Shown here one piece after another: positions 60,864-64,000 of a DNA stretch of 64,000 nucleotides. Under the pieces are notes generated by a model, which saw only the letters and a program-made list of their open reading frames with translations, ran no database searches and had not been told where the DNA came from. Each line of letters begins with the position of its first letter. Within the stretch, counting starts at the first letter, position 1. The DNA is from Marsupella aquatica (taxonomy: Eukaryota > Plantae > Marchantiophyta), in contig OZ316898.1 of the NCBI GenBank assembly GCA_973895155.1, positions 14,786,330 through 14,850,329 of the forward strand, read 5' to 3'. Both the position numbers and the translations under genes were made by a program.

Positions 60864-63800
60864 GGAATCTCCACGACAATGTTGGCCTTTGGTGGCTCCT
60901 CCATGAAGTACTCTACTGGTCCTTCCGCTGCATAAGAAGGGTTTGAGTAGCTTGCTCCCTCAACGTCATCCTCCCGTACTTGGAAAACCTTGGCTGGTTC
61001 TCCCGTTGGGCACTCCTTCGGGGCATGACCAAACTTCATGCACTTGGTACACCACACATTGGCTCTCTCCACCGGAACTTTTCTCCTCTTAGGCTTGAGT
61101 CCGGCAAAATGTACTTTCAAGGCTTTCATTTGCTCCGTCAACTCATCATATCTGGCCTCTTGCTCCTTCAGACGTCTTGCCGTAGAGAATGGTGTAACGG
61201 CCACCGTGGGTAGTACCACTTCACGGTGAGAGGACTTCTTAACTTTCTTCGACAACTTCTTCTTCTTCCTCCTTCGTTTTTCAGCTTCTGAGTCCGTAGT
61301 GTTTGACTCTGTAGTACTCTCAGAATCCTCAGATTCATCACTACTATCCGACTCAGATCCACTCAATTCCTCACTGGAGGAACTGTCAACCGGCTTCAAC
61401 TTCTTTCTTCAACAGTGCTTGCTTGTGGCATCAGCTGCAGTGTATGACTCCACTGCTGCAATAGCTTCAGCCAATGTGGTTGGCTTGGCTTGACGTACAA
61501 AGAACCCCATCTTGCTTGGTAGGGCAGCTACAAACCATGCTTATCGCATGGCATCGTCGGTACGGGCTTGAATCCGCCGTACCAACTTCTAGAATCTTTG
61601 CAAGAACCTCCGTAGCGACTCTTTCTTCTTCATCCTAAGTTGACCCACCTTCAACAGGGATGTGGCTTCCACTCCAATAGATCGGAACTCCTTCAAGAAT
61701 GCTTGCTTGAACAAAGCCCAATCAGCTTTCACGTTGGGTAGCAACGAGATGAACCATGGGCCTGCCTCCCCCTCATCATTCCGGGAATGATAGTGAGCTT
61801 GTGGGCAGATTCTCCATTGGCTTCAGCGATCCCTTCGAACTCTTCAATCCATTCGTCTGGATCATCTTTTGGTCTTCCCTTGAAGGGTACGTACTGAACA
61901 CGGGTACGTTGAGCAGCTGCCATTGGTGCAGCTGGTCCCCGTATCAACACAAGTGGTAATGGCGTACGTTGGGCCACCGGTAACGGCAATGCTGATAGGT
62001 GTGAGATGATTTGTGGCAATGCAGTGAGCTCTGGGCTCAAATTTGGCCGTAACTCAGACTGCACCAACACAAAGGGCTTCCCTTCTTCTTGCACGTGATC
62101 TACGTCTGGCTCTTCGTCTGGACGTATGGCCTCGTTGTGTTGAGACCCTTTGTGCGGCACACCAACTTGTTTATCTAGCTCATGTGGCAACCTCCTCTCT
62201 TCTGCAAGCCGTAATTGTTCTTCGGCAGCAACCCAAGAGGGCACTCGGTCTAGCTCAGGCGTACGTGAGTGTTGGGGGCTTGCTCTTCCTCCCCTTCTTC
62301 CTCTCGGCATCCCATTGAGACCTGCATGCCAAGCTCACAAAAAACAATATCACCAACAAATCTTCCTCAAACATCAACCATCGCAAGTTGCGTTGTGGTT
62401 GACGTAAAATAACAGAGTAACCAAGAAAAATCTTCTCACATATCAACCGTCACAAGCTGCATTGTGGTTGATACGCTTGAACTCTAAATAGACGTAGCTC
62501 CCCTCCTCTTGCAACCAAACAAGGAGAAGGTTCCCCGACAACGGTGCCAAAAACAAGGACCATACTTATGTCACTTGTCTACCCAACCATTTATACGTAA
62601 AATACTACTCTCCTGTGCATAAACTGTTGGTATCATGTTACGGGGTCGTGGAGGGACGCTATTTGGAGGATTTCCACACCTAAGGATGAGTATATTTGAT
62701 TCCGCTCCCGGAAATGTAATTTTTGATCAAGTCTACCGACTAGCCATTCTCTGCTTTTGATCAAGTCCCATGGACTACACCACACACACACACACTTCTA
62801 CTGGTCGTTGTGGAGTGCTGTCACCACCCCCCTTTCCTTAACTGGTTGACCAACCCAAGCAAGGATTCCTTAGACACTTCCCAGGAAAGAACACAATCGT
62901 GAACCGGAAAACATAACGCAACACCAAACTTGAGAAATCAAATCAAATCCATATGTTTTGGTAAAAAGGATAACACATTGCAAGGACAACCTAGCCTCCT
63001 GCCGTCTGTCCAACTCCTGCCTCAATGGGGCAAGCGCTACCCTCTACCTCACTACTCTGACTCGGTTCCTCCTTCTGGTCCTCCGCTAACTTCCCGTAAG
63101 CAAACACTATACTGAGTTCCCCCCTAACTACTCCGGGGCTCTCCCCCTAAATACCAAAAAACACACCAAAGCACCCCTCACGGGGCCACAACGATGGCGG
63201 CTTACCCTAGCGGCGCCGCTAAACCCTTGAACACTAAGAAACCCCTAAACTAAAATCATGCGGCACACACATGATTCTAAAACCCTAAACCCTAAACTAA
63301 CAATGGGGCCGACGGTGCCTTGGACGGCGCCCCAACATTACTCCGTGAACCGTGAAATTGCAAGGAACCCCACAATGGCCGAAACTAGGTGCCCTTCCAT
63401 TTGCACTTCTGAGTTCACCCCTGGATAGCCCTCCTCCTCCTGATCAGGAATCACTTAACCGCTCTTGAAACGGACATCAGACGACCAAGTTATGGCCGTT
63501 TCAGTATCCCGTAAACCCAACCTCGTCGGGCCCTAACTTGCTCATCCTGGCTCCGTTTGAGGAGCGCCGCCTCTTGTTGGAATCAGCTCCGCGAGCTATT
63601 TCCAACAAGCCCGTGAGTGACCCCTCACAAAAAATTTGGAAAGTCAAGGGGCCGTACAAATACGTCCGTACGACCACTATAATCCTCCTCCTCTTCATTC
63701 ACGGTGCCCTGGCTTGAGCTCCGTGAGTGGGCCTCCTCATCACTCTCCACTGGAGTGAGTGCCACTTCACTCCTCTTCTTCTTCACCGGGGTACTCCTTA

Positions 63801-64000
63801 TGCTAGTGCTTCCCTGCTTCCTCAAATTGGCCAAGGCCTGCCACGCCTTGATGTACCCCTCACCAATGGTGTAGGCCATAAGGCCGCCTCTTCACCAGAC
63901 CGCAACTCCAACGGTAAAACCTGCCCGGTGGCCATGGGAGTCCCAGGGGTGACAGATCGGGATGGCATCCCCGGGGTCCCCGTGTTGACCTGAGCCTCTC

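Larger units (their letters stand above)
53324..62549 (-). pseudogene. gag: Athila-like Gypsy gag with PBS, fragmented by three insertions
   Basis: PBS TGGCACCGTTGTCGGGGA (62532-62549, tRNA-Asp/Athila type) and PFKGRPKDDPDEW gag motif. Knuckles CTKCMKFGHAPKEC (~61030), CYNCRLAGHYANVC (~59240) and CQLCKGEGHLGPHC (~53700). Confidence 0.85.

Overview
This is eukaryotic, TE-saturated DNA with GT-AG introns, most likely from a non-seed land plant (inference from the Bianca-type Copia, Athila/Tat-type Gypsy and Sola-type DNA transposons). No host housekeeping, rRNA or tRNA gene or CRISPR array is recognisable. The core is a Russian-doll nest of three large cut-and-paste DNA transposons, each defined by TIRs and a 4-bp TSD. 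OUTER spans 11437-53196 (TSD AGAA) and carries a Sola2-like DDD transposase plus RING-H2 and OB-fold-like cargo. MIDDLE spans 21950-51888 (TSD GCAA) and carries a Sola1/DUF7869-like transposase, an FCP1-like phosphatase and a ParB-methyltransferase-like gene. INNER spans 28850-46416 (TSD TCTT) and carries a Sola1-like transposase, a ParB + beta-class N6A/N4C DNA amino-methyltransferase and F-box-like cargo. A young Bianca Copia (32095-37968, identical LTRs) sits in the INNER transposase, and a MITE (51928-52274) sits in the OUTER transposase. Removing each insert plus one TSD restores the interrupted reading frame and leaves native elements of about 11.5, 12.4 and 11.7 kb. Each element carries its own palindromic motif(s), repeated in introns and intergenic DNA. 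The stack is inserted in a Gypsy LTR, which is itself inserted in an Athila-like gag that also hosts a second Copia. The most interesting candidate system is a family of cargo-carrying Sola-like transposons encoding a prokaryote-type ParB-DNA amino-methyltransferase alongside element-specific palindromic sites (possible self-marking or anti-silencing system). All family assignments come from motif reading, not database searches.
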